NCBI GenBank assembly: GCA_010093815.1
Contig: ML996575.1
Source of the DNA: Pseudovirgaria hyperparasitica
Taxonomy: Eukaryota
Length of the DNA stretch: 64,000 nt
Direction: 5' to 3' (one strand)
Shown: in pieces, positions 38,065 through 50,774 of the stretch
How the letters are laid out: each line of letters starts with the position of its first letter
Position numbering within the stretch: position 1 is the first letter of the stretch
Notes under the pieces: generated by a model
Seen by the model: the letters and a program-made list of their open reading frames with translations, nothing else
Database searches by the model: none
Told to the model about the DNA's origin: nothing
Made by a program: the position numbers and the translations under genes

Positions 38065-40599
38065 ATGGGACAGAGTGAAATTGTACCAGAAGCGTGGCAA
38101 GTAGATGCTTCACTGACCAGCAGTGCACATGCCCCCGAAGTGTATCTTCATACAACAACACCGCTCGGGAAGTGTTCCTGGACGTTCCAAACCATCAGAA
38201 AGAACCTCTTTCGCACCACGTTCTCCAGCGAAAACCACCCTATACCACCTCATCCAAGTGCAAAGCGACCAGCTACAAGGCTCAACCCTCAATCAGTCGC
38301 TGTCACCACACCAGAAGAAACCTCGAAATTCATTCGACTTGAGAATCTAAGTGTCAATATCTCCTGGTCTGGCACACCGCTCCTAAAATTTATCTTTGAC
38401 GGCCAAGCCAAGCCTCTTCACGAAGACCTGCCTTTTCGCTCATACGCCTTCGATGGCCCAGGCATCGCCCACTACACACGTTATGCACGCAACACCCTTC
38501 ACGTTGGCCTCGGCGAGAAAAGTGCCCCAATGGATTTATCCAACCGGCACTTCAAGCTCTCCGCAACCGACTGCTTTGGGTACGATGTATACCGCACTGA
38601 TCCAATGTACAAACACATTCCCCTGTTAATCAATGCCACTGCAGACGGTGTTGTCGGTTCATTCTCTACCTGCCACTCCCGCGGCTTTTACTCAGTCGGC
38701 TCTGAAATGGACGGCTTGTGGGGTCATTTCAAAGTGTACCGTCAGGAGCATGGTGGGCTTGAGGAGTACCTTATCGTCGGCCGTACACTGCAAGAAGTAG
38801 TTCACACATACGCCGAGCTCGTTGGCTACCCTCTTCTCGTGCCTCGCTGGGCATTCGGGTACATCGCAGGCGGAATGAAGTATAGCATGCTCGACAACCC
38901 TCGAGCAAGTGAAGCCTTGATTGAGTTTGCGGAAAAGTTGAAGAAGTATGACATCCCGTGCTCTGGGTTTCAGATGAGTAGCGGGTACACAGTCGCAGAG
39001 ACAGAACCGAAGACGCGAAATGTGTTCACGTGGAATCGGCATCGATTCCCGGATCCGAAGGGGTTTGTAGACGAGTATCATCGGCGAGGTATTAGGCTGA
39101 TCGCGAACGTAAAGCCGTATGTATTGGGTAATCATCCAGAATACGAAAAGTTGAGCGCAGCTGGTGCGTTCTTTAACGATCCGAAAACAGGAGGAAGCGC
39201 AACAGCGCGGCTGTGGAGTGCTGGAGGAGGAGAGAGTGGCGTCGGAGGCCACCTGGACTTCACATCCACAGCAGCATATGACTGGTGGTACTCTGGCGTG
39301 CGCGAGCTTAGAAAACTCGGCATTGATTGCATCTGGAACGACAACAACGAATGGACTGTGCCGGACGACGAATGGCACTGCGCCTTGAATGATTCAGCCT
39401 ACCTCGAGAAACCGTCAGGTCAGATCTCGGACCGCATTGGGCTTTGGGGTCGTAGTCTCAACACCGAGCTCATGTCGAAATCTTCGCATGATGCATGCCT
39501 CGCTGTATACCCCGACGAGCGCCCATTCGTTCTGACCCGCAGTGCAACCGCCGGCTCGATGCGATACTGCGCAAGCACTTGGTCCGGCGACAATGTGACG
39601 TCCTGGGACGGGATGAAAGGCGCAAACGCTTTGTCGTTGACGGCATCTTTCTGTCTTCTGCACTGCTATGGGCATGATATCGGCGGGTTTGAAGGTCCAC
39701 AGCCGAGTGCAGAACTGCTGGTACGCTGGGTCCAGCAAGGCATTTATTCGCCTCGGTTCGCAATCAATTGCTTCAAAACATCACCTGATAACAATAGCGT
39801 CGGTGATATTATTGAGCCGTGGATGTATCCGGAGGTCTTGACAGTCGTGCGGAAGGCTTTGCGGAGACGATATGAGCTCATCCCGTACTTGTATTCTCTC
39901 ATGCTCAACAGCCATCTGCATGCAATGCCACCACAGCGATGGACAGGATGGGGATATGAGTCGGATCCTGAAGTATGGACGAGCCGCGTATTAAAAGACG
40001 GCGAGACGGAATACTGGCTCGGTGATGCGCTTCTTGTTGGCGGTGTTTTTGAGGCTGGTGCTAATAAGGCACGCATGTATCTGCCGAAAGGTCCACGATT
40101 TGTAGACGTCCATACCGCTCAGCTTTACAGCGGTGGCCAATGGGTCGAGATCGAGTCACATTGGGAAAAGAGTATTCCTGTGCTTGCGAGAGTTGGAGCT
40201 GCGATTCCTATCGGCAAGCCAGTGCAAGTCCTTTCCGTTGGCGACAAAGAGAACACGGCAAACCTTTCAGTGGATGACTACCGTGGTATTGAGATATTTC
40301 CTGACACGGAATATTTCGAGACGGAATGGATGAACAATGTTTGGTACGAAGACGACGGGGTATCACGGACTGATAATACGATCTCAGAGTTCGCCATCTC
40401 GTACAGATGGACAAGTCAGGAAGTCGAGATACAGTATGAAGAAAAGCTAAAGGGGGGTTATCAGCCTCCCTGGCGAACCTTGAGTATCATTTTACCTTTG
40501 AATGATCGACGAACTGTCAGATTGAATGACGCCGCGCTTATGACGAAAGGCATGGATGAGCTTGGTCGATATGTTTTCGAGAGTGTAAAACTTCGTTAG
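38065..40599 (+). CDS. Glycoside hydrolase family 31, intracellular (no signal peptide)
   Basis: Intronless; start atcATGG at 38065 (MGQSEIVP) preferred over 37747; GLGEK, DPMYKHIP, FTWNRHRFPDP, nucleophile WNDNNE, acid/base TWSGDN, GHDIGGF, YWLGDALLV. Confidence 0.93.
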   Translation: MGQSEIVPEAWQVDASLTSSAHAPEVYLHTTTPLGKCSWTFQTIRKNLFRTTFSSENHPIPPHPSAKRPATRLNPQSVAVTTPEETSKFIRLENLSVNISWSGTPLLKFIFDGQAKPLHEDLPFRSYAFDGPGIAHYTRYARNTLHVGLGEKSAPMDLSNRHFKLSATDCFGYDVYRTDPMYKHIPLLINATADGVVGSFSTCHSRGFYSVGSEMDGLWGHFKVYRQEHGGLEEYLIVGRTLQEVVHTYAELVGYPLLVPRWAFGYIAGGMKYSMLDNPRASEALIEFAEKLKKYDIPCSGFQMSSGYTVAETEPKTRNVFTWNRHRFPDPKGFVDEYHRRGIRLIANVKPYVLGNHPEYEKLSAAGAFFNDPKTGGSATARLWSAGGGESGVGGHLDFTSTAAYDWWYSGVRELRKLGIDCIWNDNNEWTVPDDEWHCALNDSAYLEKPSGQISDRIGLWGRSLNTELMSKSSHDACLAVYPDERPFVLTRSATAGSMRYCASTWSGDNVTSWDGMKGANALSLTASFCLLHCYGHDIGGFEGPQPSAELLVRWVQQGIYSPRFAINCFKTSPDNNSVGDIIEPWMYPEVLTVVRKALRRRYELIPYLYSLMLNSHLHAMPPQRWTGWGYESDPEVWTSRVLKDGETEYWLGDALLVGGVFEAGANKARMYLPKGPRFVDVHTAQLYSGGQWVEIESHWEKSIPVLARVGAAIPIGKPVQVLSVGDKENTANLSVDDYRGIEIFPDTEYFETEWMNNVWYEDDGVSRTDNTISEFAISYRWTSQEVEIQYEEKLKGGYQPPWRTLSIILPLNDRRTVRLNDAALMTKGMDELGRYVFESVKLR

Positions 40600-41167
40600 A
40601 GACTGCCATATAGGTAACGTACATGTATATCTGTACATATCAATAGGAGCAGACGAGGCAAACTGTGTTCTTAGCATAAATGATAGGGCTGTCTGGGTAG
40701 ACACTTGCGGAAGGCCAGAGAATTGTCAAAAGTACATAACCATAAGCCGTGAACGGTGAATAGCTGATCTCAAGGAAATTCATCACCATTGCCTTCGCAC
40801 TATCAGTCATCTGTTCCACCCGGATGTTGTGATAATTTCGAACCTTCTAAGTGCTGGGATTCAGGAAGAGCTTGAGCTTTGGATATCAAGGAGAGCATCT
40901 ATCGGATATCTATAGCGGCAATAGAATATAGACAGGTAATAATATTGGAGCTAACCATTGAAGCATTAGGATGTAGTAAGATTTTCTTGTCTTTGGAAGA
41001 TAAGTTGAGGTAGTTTTTCGAAAGTAGTATTTATGCCTTAGGCACTACTGAACCTAACAGGACGTCATTCAGAAACGCGTACGGAAAGCGCCGACGCGAA
41101 GTTGCCCGCTCACATATAACCACCATTCAATGCAGCTTTCCACTTACGTTTTAATCTGAATATCATA

Positions 41168-42214
41168 ATGCCCGAAAATCTCCCAGCCCTTGTGGCACAG
41201 AAATTCCAGTCCGCTCTAGCAGCGAAAGAGCTGATATTTTCATCGACCGAACTGACAGTCATACGTACTTCATCAGGACTACCGGTAATCACAACGCAAT
41301 TCACGCTCAGTATCTTTCTAGTGGACTTACATGCAGCACTCTAGTTTCAATTACGTTATTGTCCAGCTCTCGCAAAGAAGCCCACCTCTACTACGCCCAA
41401 GTCGAGCGCAACTGCGAAACGAGTCGATCCCTTTGAAGATCCTATAGAGTTGCTTCATATAGCCAGCATTCCGCCTACCGATAGCTCCCACGTCCTCGTA
41501 CTGAACAAGTATCCTGTGATTCGGAATCACTTCATACTTGCAACCAAGCAGAACAAACCCCAAACACACCAGTTGGAGGAAGACGATCTCGCCATAACGT
41601 TGCAGTGCATTCAAGATTGGGAAAGGGATGGCAATCGACGTCTTTACGCATTCTTCAATTCTGGGGCTCATAGTGGAGCAAGTCAGCCGCATAGACATTT
41701 GCAATTTTTGCCTGTCGAGTCTATGTCTCATCAAGAGGGCAGCGCGAGCTGGACCTTGATGACGGACCGCATCATTGCGAGCTCAGAGAAGCTATTACCA
41801 TTTGCCTATTTCCACGTCAAATTTACCTCGGACATAAGCCCAGGCCAGTTGCACCGAGAGTACCTGAATTTGTACAATGCTGCTGAACGGTCTGTTCGTA
41901 CTTACATCTCATCGTCGTGCGGTGATCTCCAATTGCATCCAACGGGTGGAGGCGACTTGCCTATTAGTTACAATCTCGCCATGACAAGCGAAGGATTGAT
42001 CATTGCTCCCAGGAGAAGGGAGGGGATCGCAGTCAGGGATGACCAGGAAGGGTTTGTGGCGCTCAATGGAACAGTGCTCTCCGGAAGCCTTATGGTCAAG
42101 GATGCACTTGAATACGAGATCCTACAAAAACGGTTGCACGTCCTAGATGAACTCCTGATATCAATTGGAATCCCACATCATGCAGAGGATGGCGAAGGTC
42201 CGAACAAGCTGTAA
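41168..42214 (+). CDS. ATP adenylyltransferase / Ap4A phosphorylase (yeast Apa1/Apa2 family)
   Basis: Intron 41285-41344; FQLRYCPALAKKP, DPFEDP, LVLNKYPVIRNHFILAT, FFNSGAHSGASQPHRHLQF (HxHxQ), SYNLAMT, ALNGTVLSG. Confidence 0.93.
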
Positions 42215-44859
42215 GAACGGCGATGTCGTGGACAATACGAACCTTGTCAGCGCTGCTGTTGCCATTCTGTCAACTTTTGCGGCCAAAGTGCCTGATGCTA
42301 CTACCATTCTATGTTTGATAGGCGCTATCATTTGCCTCCATCCGAACTTGCATGGCTGTGGAAAACCAGTTGGAAAGGCCGTACATGGCTGATACTACCT
42401 ACGTTTAGCCTCAAGTGTCACTTTTACAGCCGGAGACGACCAGACTTGTCGAGACATGTTTAATCACGCCACCAGTATCGGGCAGTCGCGCAAGATACGA
42501 TGCGTCGAATAGGAACTGTCGTGCGCCAACCTGCTTGGTCCCACACCATTGCTTCGATGTTGATTATGACCCTTATGCTCTGGTCGAAGATCTACACAGT
42601 ACATGTGCGAAGCAAAAGACAGGGGTGGCCCGAGAAACAGCATGACTATGCACAGAAGAAAAAGGCTGTTCTCGACCCAGATCAATGCTCGTGCCAAAGA
42701 GTCAGGGCTTCCCGTGTCAGCAAAGGCGGACGGGAAGGATCCGATGGAGCTAGATCACCGGTGAATGGTCCTTAATGAGCCCAAGGCTGTAAGGAATGTT
42801 AGCTCGCCCGTTTGCCAGCGTACATCCGAAGCACTGTATCGACATGCCTTTGTCGAGACATGCTTCTCATGTTTTCAATGCGGACGTAATTGTATCATAT
42901 GATGGTACAGTATGAGATGCGTACCAGCATGCGGGCATTCAATTTGTAGTGAAGACTCTAAGACATCTAAGAACAACAAGACCTCTGTTTACGGACGAGC
43001 TATCGGTCGATATAACGACAAGGATAGAGGCATCTTGTACATCGATCAAGCAGCCTCAAGTCTAAGATTCTGAACCTAGATTGGGCAGTACCTGTGATAT
43101 GTAATAACCCTTGTAGTGTCTTACAATGGTGAGTGGCCAACCTGAGCCTGTGGGATCACACTACGCCGTTACCATGAACACGCTCAACTAGGACTACCGC
43201 CTGGTAAACCAAGTCTTTTGGAGATGATCAATTATCTCAATCGTCTCAGACACGAATATCAGAGAATCTTCGCCAAGCACGCTACGCTCCTTCGTACGAT
43301 CACTCAATGCCGTTCGATCCTAGCGACAAGCTCGCAGTACTTTGCACAGTTCTCATCAAATTCGCACTAATCCATCTTACTCAGATATACACGGCAAGCT
43401 GCTATGGACATAGCGCGAGCTCTGAGACTGTGCAAAGGCAAATCAGGGAGAAAGTCCAATCCAGATGGATAGTGAGGCATGTTGGTGGTGGGGGTTGCAC
43501 AATGTGTCGATCCTTGCGGGACCACAGTTTGCGGAGTAATCCAGGCCCGATCTTACGGATAAGATTATGGGATTCCCGTGATCCCGCCAGCCTGAGGTGG
43601 CCATTTGAGACGGCTCCAGCGGTCCCCGACCGATCCCTCGAAGCGTCCAAATGTGGTAATTGTATAGCGAATTGCCAGGCCCTGATCAACATGTCGAGCC
43701 TTGGGGTGTATCATAGATGCGCACACAGAGTTACCAAGACCGGGTAGAGCGTCCTCTGACGATGGAACGATTCAAGTTTCTAAATGACTACCTGGCCGAC
43801 TTCGATTCTTGTTATCATAGGCCATGTCTCGAAAACTATTCATACCGAGTTGAGCGTGCTTCTACTGGTTGTCGAAGGTGGTTTCGCCACGTGTTACTGC
43901 TCTAGATTCACTCCAAGACCATCAGACGATCGCTTTGAGCATGATTCTGAGGAATGATGATGGCACGTAAGATTGTGAGAGCCTCTGGTCCCCCTGGGCA
44001 CGTTATGGGGCCTCCCATGTACCAGCACAAAGGTCAGACATGCGGTCGTACAACCTCATCAATCCTCGCCAACAACCACGTGTTGGCGCGGGTGATGTGG
44101 CTTAGGGAGGAGGGGTGCTTGAAGATGCTATTTTAGTTTTGAACCTGAGGCGCATGAGTGTTCGCACCGCCACAAGTTGAATGGCTTTGCTGCTTCCTGG
44201 CGCACACTATCACGAGTGCGTCCCTAATTATTGGGCGTACGACTTTGGAAGGATTATCGTCACATCGATCGGGGGGGACGTCTTGTAACTCTCTGCTGAT
44301 TAACGCGCAGCACACCAACTCGGCCGAGCCGTCAACAATAATGACTGGATGTGGTCACGTTCGGCGATTGATGAGTGCAGGAGCCGGACCCAAAATAAGT
44401 TGTATGATAATTAGTATGCAGTCAGTCGAACGACTTGGTACTTTGAGCAGTTTAGGCCACCAATCACAGAGAACCCGTCGTACCCGCGCATCTGCCCCCA
44501 AAGCATTCGTTGAAGATGCGATGCGGTATTGTGCAAGACGACTGCAGGGCGACGATTTGCAAATGGGGAGCCAATTTTTTAGCGCGAAGTCAACTCATGC
44601 CAAGCGACAAACAAGCACCGGGGCCGGTTCCTCGGAGCATTGGGGCTTGGATGATCACTGGATCGAGCGTAAGATCCTCCGCCCGGCCGACAAAGCCGCA
44701 TTTGGCACACGGCAGGATCTGAACACAAGGCTGGTTGGATCGGAAAGAATGGAAGTTACATTTGTTGTGCACTGCTGGAAGCTAGAAAGCACAAGTGCCA
44801 CGGATGATTCCATAGCACATGATGATGATGTTGCTGTTGATGGTAACGGGCAGCGCAGC

Positions 44860-47800
44860 CCGTCCGGCGCGCGCGCGCGCGTGCGGCCAGAAGAGAATGA
44901 AGTATTGTACAGATTTGTACAATTGCCCCAAACGAGACGTTCCACAAAGCAGGGCCCCTAAATTATCCTACGGGATCCCCAGAACGACAGAGGTTACAAC
45001 AACCAATATGGGTGAAGGGCACTACGGATAAGCCGCAAGCACCATGAATAATTCGACTAGGGCTAGCGAGTGAAATAGTGGAGGAGGAGGGTGAGGAGGC
45101 AGAGGGCGCGCTCCCCCCTCCCAAAACCCTAGGAGCTATCCAAATTTGTGCCAGGAAGTCCCTAGTTCGTAGGTTAATTAGGTAGGATGGGTATGTGTAC
45201 AGTACTCGTTTGCCGAGTCAGTCACAACTGCAACGTGGAATCCACGGTCCCTTGCGTTGACGAGGCTATGGATCTTGCAGGGTTCAGGAAAGAAGAGATT
45301 GGCTGCTTTTTGATGTTGACGAAGGGGGGGTTGGACCAGGGAGGGAGGATTCACGGATGCGGCAACGACGCAACCGGGACGAGAAGCCAGCTCAAAACAG
45401 AAAAAGGGTCAAACTGTTAGGGACAAGGAGGGGGGAGGTTTGGAAGACCGAACATGGCACTTGACGCTACAGCAGTCAGCAAGTTGAAACAAAAAGGTGA
45501 ATTGAAAGGTGGGAGAGAAGCCTTGCGCAAGACGTCATTGGATAGGGCAGATATTGCTTCCTACTCCTGGCGGATCCTGGGGACATGGACTGCCTTACAT
45601 GATTGCTTGCTATAATTGCGAACGGCGACGACGACGACGACGACACGGCAGCAGCAGCAGGCAACAATGGTGCACTCCTCCATATAGTAGAGGCGCGCGC
45701 CGGGTGTGTTAGTGCAAGCAAGCAAGCAAGCAATACGAGCAAAGAGGAGCAGGTCGACGCCGAGGAGGAACTAAAATTAGTGGCATATGATACGCAACAG
45801 AAACGTTTGACGGCAAGAGTGGCAGCGACTTGGCGACGTGGGTGGTGGGCATGCAGGTGAGAGTGTGTAGTGTGGTCTTCTCGAACGATGAAGGATGCAT
45901 GCCTGTGAATGCACGAAACATGTGATGTTGTTGCCAGTGCGTGCAAGAGACCTTTGGCGCATATCTGATTGATGTAGGTAATAGCGGCATCATGGATCTC
46001 TTCCACCGCTACGAGAGGGCTGTTCTGGCGGTGATGGACACCCTACTACTACCTAGTACCTGGTAATCAGTTCATGGACGGGCAAGCACAGCAATGATGT
46101 TACATAGGATAGAGGGAGATACGATGCACGAGTGACAGGATGACGATAGAGGAGGGTTAGAAGTGGTAGTAGTAGTAGCAACGGTAACTTGTAAGGATGT
46201 GGAAAGTAAAGTGGGGAGAGAGAGAAAGTGGGGAGTCGGTGATGATAGTATAATGGTGGTAATGGTAGCAATGGTAGTTAATTAGTGTAGTGTAATAGTT
46301 GTAGTGTATCGAGTCGTTGAAGCTTGCGGGCGGGCGGGCGCCGGGCGGTGAAGTTTGACGGGGGGCAGTGCACCGCCAGGACCACCAGCCCCAGAAAGCG
46401 GGTCTACAATGCCTGTTTTAGGCTTAGCGCTACTCTATTTCTGGTCCTTTGCGGGCCGCTAAACCAGATAGGGAGCGTGCGCAGGGATGTTCTGTGGCTC
46501 AGCACACCAGACGCCGCCTGCTCTCACCGACACCAACCACTATCAGAGTCCCCAGGCTACTACTACTGAACTACTGACTACTGACTGTAGACGACAGATC
46601 ACAACGACAATGACGATGACTGACTCCACTGCTGCTGCTGTCTGTTGACACTGACAATTTCGCTTTCTGGTTCTAGTAGTTCTCTCGGCTCGGCTTTGCA
46701 TTGCATTACCTATCAGCCTAGCGAGCTCTTACCGGACGAATCACACGGAGAGCTACCAAGTCCCGGACGTGAGCGATGATGCTGGCAGTGTTGTGTATAG
46801 TGAGAAGTCGGAGGGGCAGCTTGAGAGTCGGACGGCATCATATCACAGCACTCAACTTACTCACTCAGGGCACTGGCCTTTTTTTCCTTTTTCTTCCTTT
46901 TTTCCATTTGTGAATCGATGTGTCTATCTATTCTATGATGGGCGGCTATGTTGCTGGAGAGGTGCAATCTGCAGGATCAGTCATTATCGGACCATTCCAC
47001 TATTACTGTCTGAGTATGAGGGATGGTGGATGCACGTTTGTTTCCTTGACCGATCATGAATTCCTGGGCGGGCGGGAGTCGGGACTGGGCTTTCTCTTTT
47101 GTGGCCTATTACTTATCTACCTACGCCAACAAGAAAACCCGCCCAAATCGCCTATGAACCGCCTAACAAGTCGCTATCATGCTCCCTGTTGAGCGTTGAC
47201 CCCCTCCCCTAAAAAACTGACTGTCCGCGCACTCACTGCCGCCTACCACTCGCCCAGACACGCCGCTAAATTTGGGGGGGGAAAAGGGTGCCCGCTTTGG
47301 CGTGACGCCACGGTCTCTTTTGTTTTGCTTGCATTTGCATGCCATACACATACACACACATACACACACACACACATAGTGCATTAATTCTTCGCTTGTC
47401 CATCCTCAATCTAATTAATCATCCAGTTTCTAAGCCTGAGGGGGTGAGTGGACTCTCGTCTGTTGGCTTTTCCCCCCTTTCGAAGCAAAAAAACACAAAC
47501 ACGGCAACCCACCAGTAATATCTCATTCCAACCTGCATGCACTGCATGGCTTGGCCGTGGTCCTGTCATTCTCGCAGGCCCCATCCATTTCTTGCCTACA
47601 TACACACACACCGCACAATCTGCCCGTTTTCCCATACACAATTCGTGCCGGTGCGTGCGAACTGGCGGAGGACTTCACCCTCTTTTCACACTCACACTTG
47701 CCGGCCCAACGCGTTAGTGCCGGTGCCTACTGCTCCTCTCACCGTCACCACTCACACACTCTCTATCTCTCTGTCTGTCTCTCCCACCACCCTCTCGTGT

Positions 47801-48250
47801 TCTCGATGCAGGGCCAAGCTTTGATTAGAGGGACAATGGCTTTGTGTTCGTACCTGTTACCGCCATCACTGCCCTTCTCTGCTGCCAATCCATCCATCAT
47901 GAGCCACGGTCTGATGCGGGCCATGGCGTCAGGGCCTCCTCCCGCAAAACAAGGCTATGGTACAGTACCTTTTTCTCCTAAACTTACCGGCGGTCGACTG
48001 CGACTCTCTCTGGCTTGTTCTGTATATGCATTATTGCCGCAGTTGCTGCTGCTGCTCCCTCCTTGTGAGCGTCGGCGCGAGGGCCTGGAGTTTTCTTGGT
48101 GTGTGTCCTCGTATACAAGTACATAACCACGCTTCGCCCCCCGATTCGTGTGCCTCATGTTCATGCCTTTTGCTTTACACTACTACTCTGGCTCTGGCTC
48201 TGTTTAGCAGTTTGTAACGTCTTGAGAAGGCTCCTCCTCCTGTTGTCAAT
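44860..48250. repeat. Microsatellite-rich non-coding region upstream of the C2H2 gene
   Basis: (GC)n near 44867, (CGA)n near 45626, (GCAA)n near 45714, (GTA)n near 46165, (CA)n near 47345 and others; no credible CDS. Confidence 0.6.
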
Positions 48251-48648
48251 CTCCACCCAAATCGGTTCAGATCGCCTCGCTCAACAGAAAGCATTGCTAT
48301 ACTACCACTCGGACTATTTCTCGTGTCTTGGTCCTGAACCATCCTCCCACGCATTCATCAGTTCGTCATAAGCAGTGTGTTTGAGAGCAAATTACGCTTC
48401 TACCACCATTGCCCGCCTTGGTCAGTCACACATCCCATCACCAAGAGAAAGTGGAGCCTCTGGCTGTTCCTGTCCGTAAATCTTTCTCCCCTGTCCATCC
48501 CTGCGCCTTGACACTAAGCCAACACCTCGACACTATCCCCCCCTCGCCCCCTCCCCCCCTCGCTCCCCATCCCACCGCGGGCCCTTGTCGCTCGCTAGCC
48601 CCCATCGACCCAGCAATTGTCCCAAGAGCGCACGCACCCGAAGCCAGC

Positions 48649-48684
48649 ATGACGGCTCTGTGCTTACACTGCATAGGAATATAA
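48649..48684 (+). promoter_or_regulatory. Candidate uORF MTALCLHCIGI* in the C2H2 gene leader
   Basis: The only ATG seen between about 48170 and the main ATG at 48755; A at -3; stop 70 nt before the main start. Confidence 0.45.
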
Positions 48685-48754
48685 TACTTTCCACTCTGCC
48701 CGCTGCGAGGCGTTGCTGATCTCAAACTACAATCGATCTGCTTAATCGTAAACA

Positions 48755-50774
48755 ATGGCGACGTACGCAGACTATCCTGCCACTATGCCTCCTCATGACT
48801 TCGACCTCTACCCTTCCCAAGACTCCTACGACATCTCCCAGCCCTATCTCCCTTCCGACTTTATCAACAACACTGCCTTTACCACATACGACTCTCAACC
48901 AACGACACATGCATACTCCAACCTTTCGCAATATACCTACCCGCTGCAAGGCCAACAGGTGAAGAACACCTTCCAGACACAAACACCCTCGGGCTCGCCT
49001 CACTCCCTGTCGCATTCCTTTGACATGCAACCTCCCAATCTTTCGGCATCGAGCGAATCTGGTGCATCCGTCTCTTCGTCTGCCATGGGATCACCGTCCT
49101 TGAATCACCAATATCAGGAAGCGTGGGGTCCTCTAGATCAAGGGCTTGCCATTGATCAGGGCATGTTGAAGGATAGCTTCTTGCCAGAAAGCTACAACCC
49201 TGCCTTGGACCTGGAATACGCTGGTCTTGTCGCTAATGACAAGCTATCAGGCTGTGTTGGTGAGTCGGAACACATTTCTTCGAGTACAGGCGGTCTCGTA
49301 TTTCCTTTTGTCCGTCGTCAGTTGCCTCTTGCGATGCCTTCAGTCGTCAGCAGTGGATCTCCTTCAAGTCAATCAACCATCATGTCCACACCATCTACAC
49401 TGAGTCGCGTGGACACGTCTCTTTATAACGTCTTCAAATCTCCTACTACTCCCGCGTCCGCCATGACACCAAGCACTGCACAGTCTCCATTTTATAGAAG
49501 AGAGTCGAGCCAGTTGTCCAAATCAATCCAGAGCCCAAGCAGACATCGGCCGCGTAGGAATTCACTTCTTTCGACTGAAGTGTTTCCTGACTCCCAACTG
49601 TCACAGCCTGCCAGCCTTTCTCCTTCATCTCCGCAGTCAATTGCTTCTCAGTTTTCTCAGTTCATACCGCCAATTGGCACATCTTGTCGGTTTCCATTTT
49701 CCAGTCAATATGCGTGCTTTTTGACTGCTTTGACGCATGGGACATGCAGTACTGACTGTAGATATAGATCCCACACTCATTCAACCCTTCCCGTCGCCAC
49801 TTCCATACGCCGCATCACCATACCCTGAATTCCGCACACCCCACTTTCCCTTTGTCGAGCAACCACCATCGCCCGCACCATCTCATAGCTCTTCCCGCAG
49901 TCAGCACACCGACTCGAGACGGTTCAAGAACTCTGGTAGCCAATCTCCATATCTACATACTGCACAGTTTCAGCCATACGGTGCATGGCATGGCGGCCGT
50001 CGACCATCCGTCTCTTCGATACACTCTCGACATTCCACACAAAGCCGTAGGAGTGGGAGCTACGAGCTGGACGAAGAGTCGCGTGAGAAAGGTCTCTGTC
50101 CCATTCCAGAGTGTGGTCGTGTCTTCAAGGACTTGAAGGCGCACATGCTCACTCACCAGAATGAGAGACCGGAGAAGTGTCCGATTGTCAACTGCGAGTA
50201 TCACCAGAAAGGTTTTGCTCGCAAGTATGACAAGAACCGACACACCTTGACGCACTACAAAGGGACCATGGTCTGTGGTTTCTGCCCTGGCTCAGGCTCG
50301 GCTGCCGAGAAGAGCTTCAACCGTGCAGATGTGTTCAAGCGACACTTGACGTCAGTCCATGGCGTTGAGCAGACCCCGCCCAACAGTCGCAAGAAGTCGC
50401 CGACCACGTCAAAGAAGTCCCACGCTGTTCTACAGAATGCTGCTGGTACTTGTTCGACTTGCAGCGTTACTTTTGTCAATGCACAAGAATTCTACGAGCA
50501 TCTCGACGACTGTGTCCTGCGCGTAGTGCAGCAAGCTGATCCCAGCGAGGCCATCAACCAAAAACTCCTCTCGTCTGTTGCAGATGACCAGGACGTCAAG
50601 GACACGATGGAACGCAACTATCTTCCCACCGACGACGTTATCGCACCTACATATGACGAGCAAAACGACGATGAGGATGACGACGAGGACGAAGACGAAG
50701 ACGCCACCTATGCATCGCGCACCACGCGCTCTGGCAAGGGCGGTCTCAAGTCGAAGAAAGACAATCAGCATTGA
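48755..50774 (+). CDS. C2H2 zinc-finger transcription factor
   Basis: acaATGG start; intron from donor 49260 (G|GTGAGT) or 49686 to acceptor 49767 (or 49761), branch ACTGAC 49751-49756; fingers CPIPECGRVFKDLKAHMLTH, CPIVNCEYHQKGFARKYDKNRHTLTH, CGFCPG...FNRADVFKRHLTSVH, CSTCSVTF...FYEHLDDC; acidic tract; TGA 50772-50774. Confidence 0.93.

Noticed and set aside
42400..42870. Intron-like GTACGC...GCTAAC...TACAG on the minus strand near 42787-42823 and nearby short ORFs
   Set aside because: Only 37 nt long and all three frames stop shortly after the acceptor; no CDS can be built.
44158..44961. 267-aa ORF
   Set aside because: GTG start, no domain motif, no codon bias, includes simple repeats.
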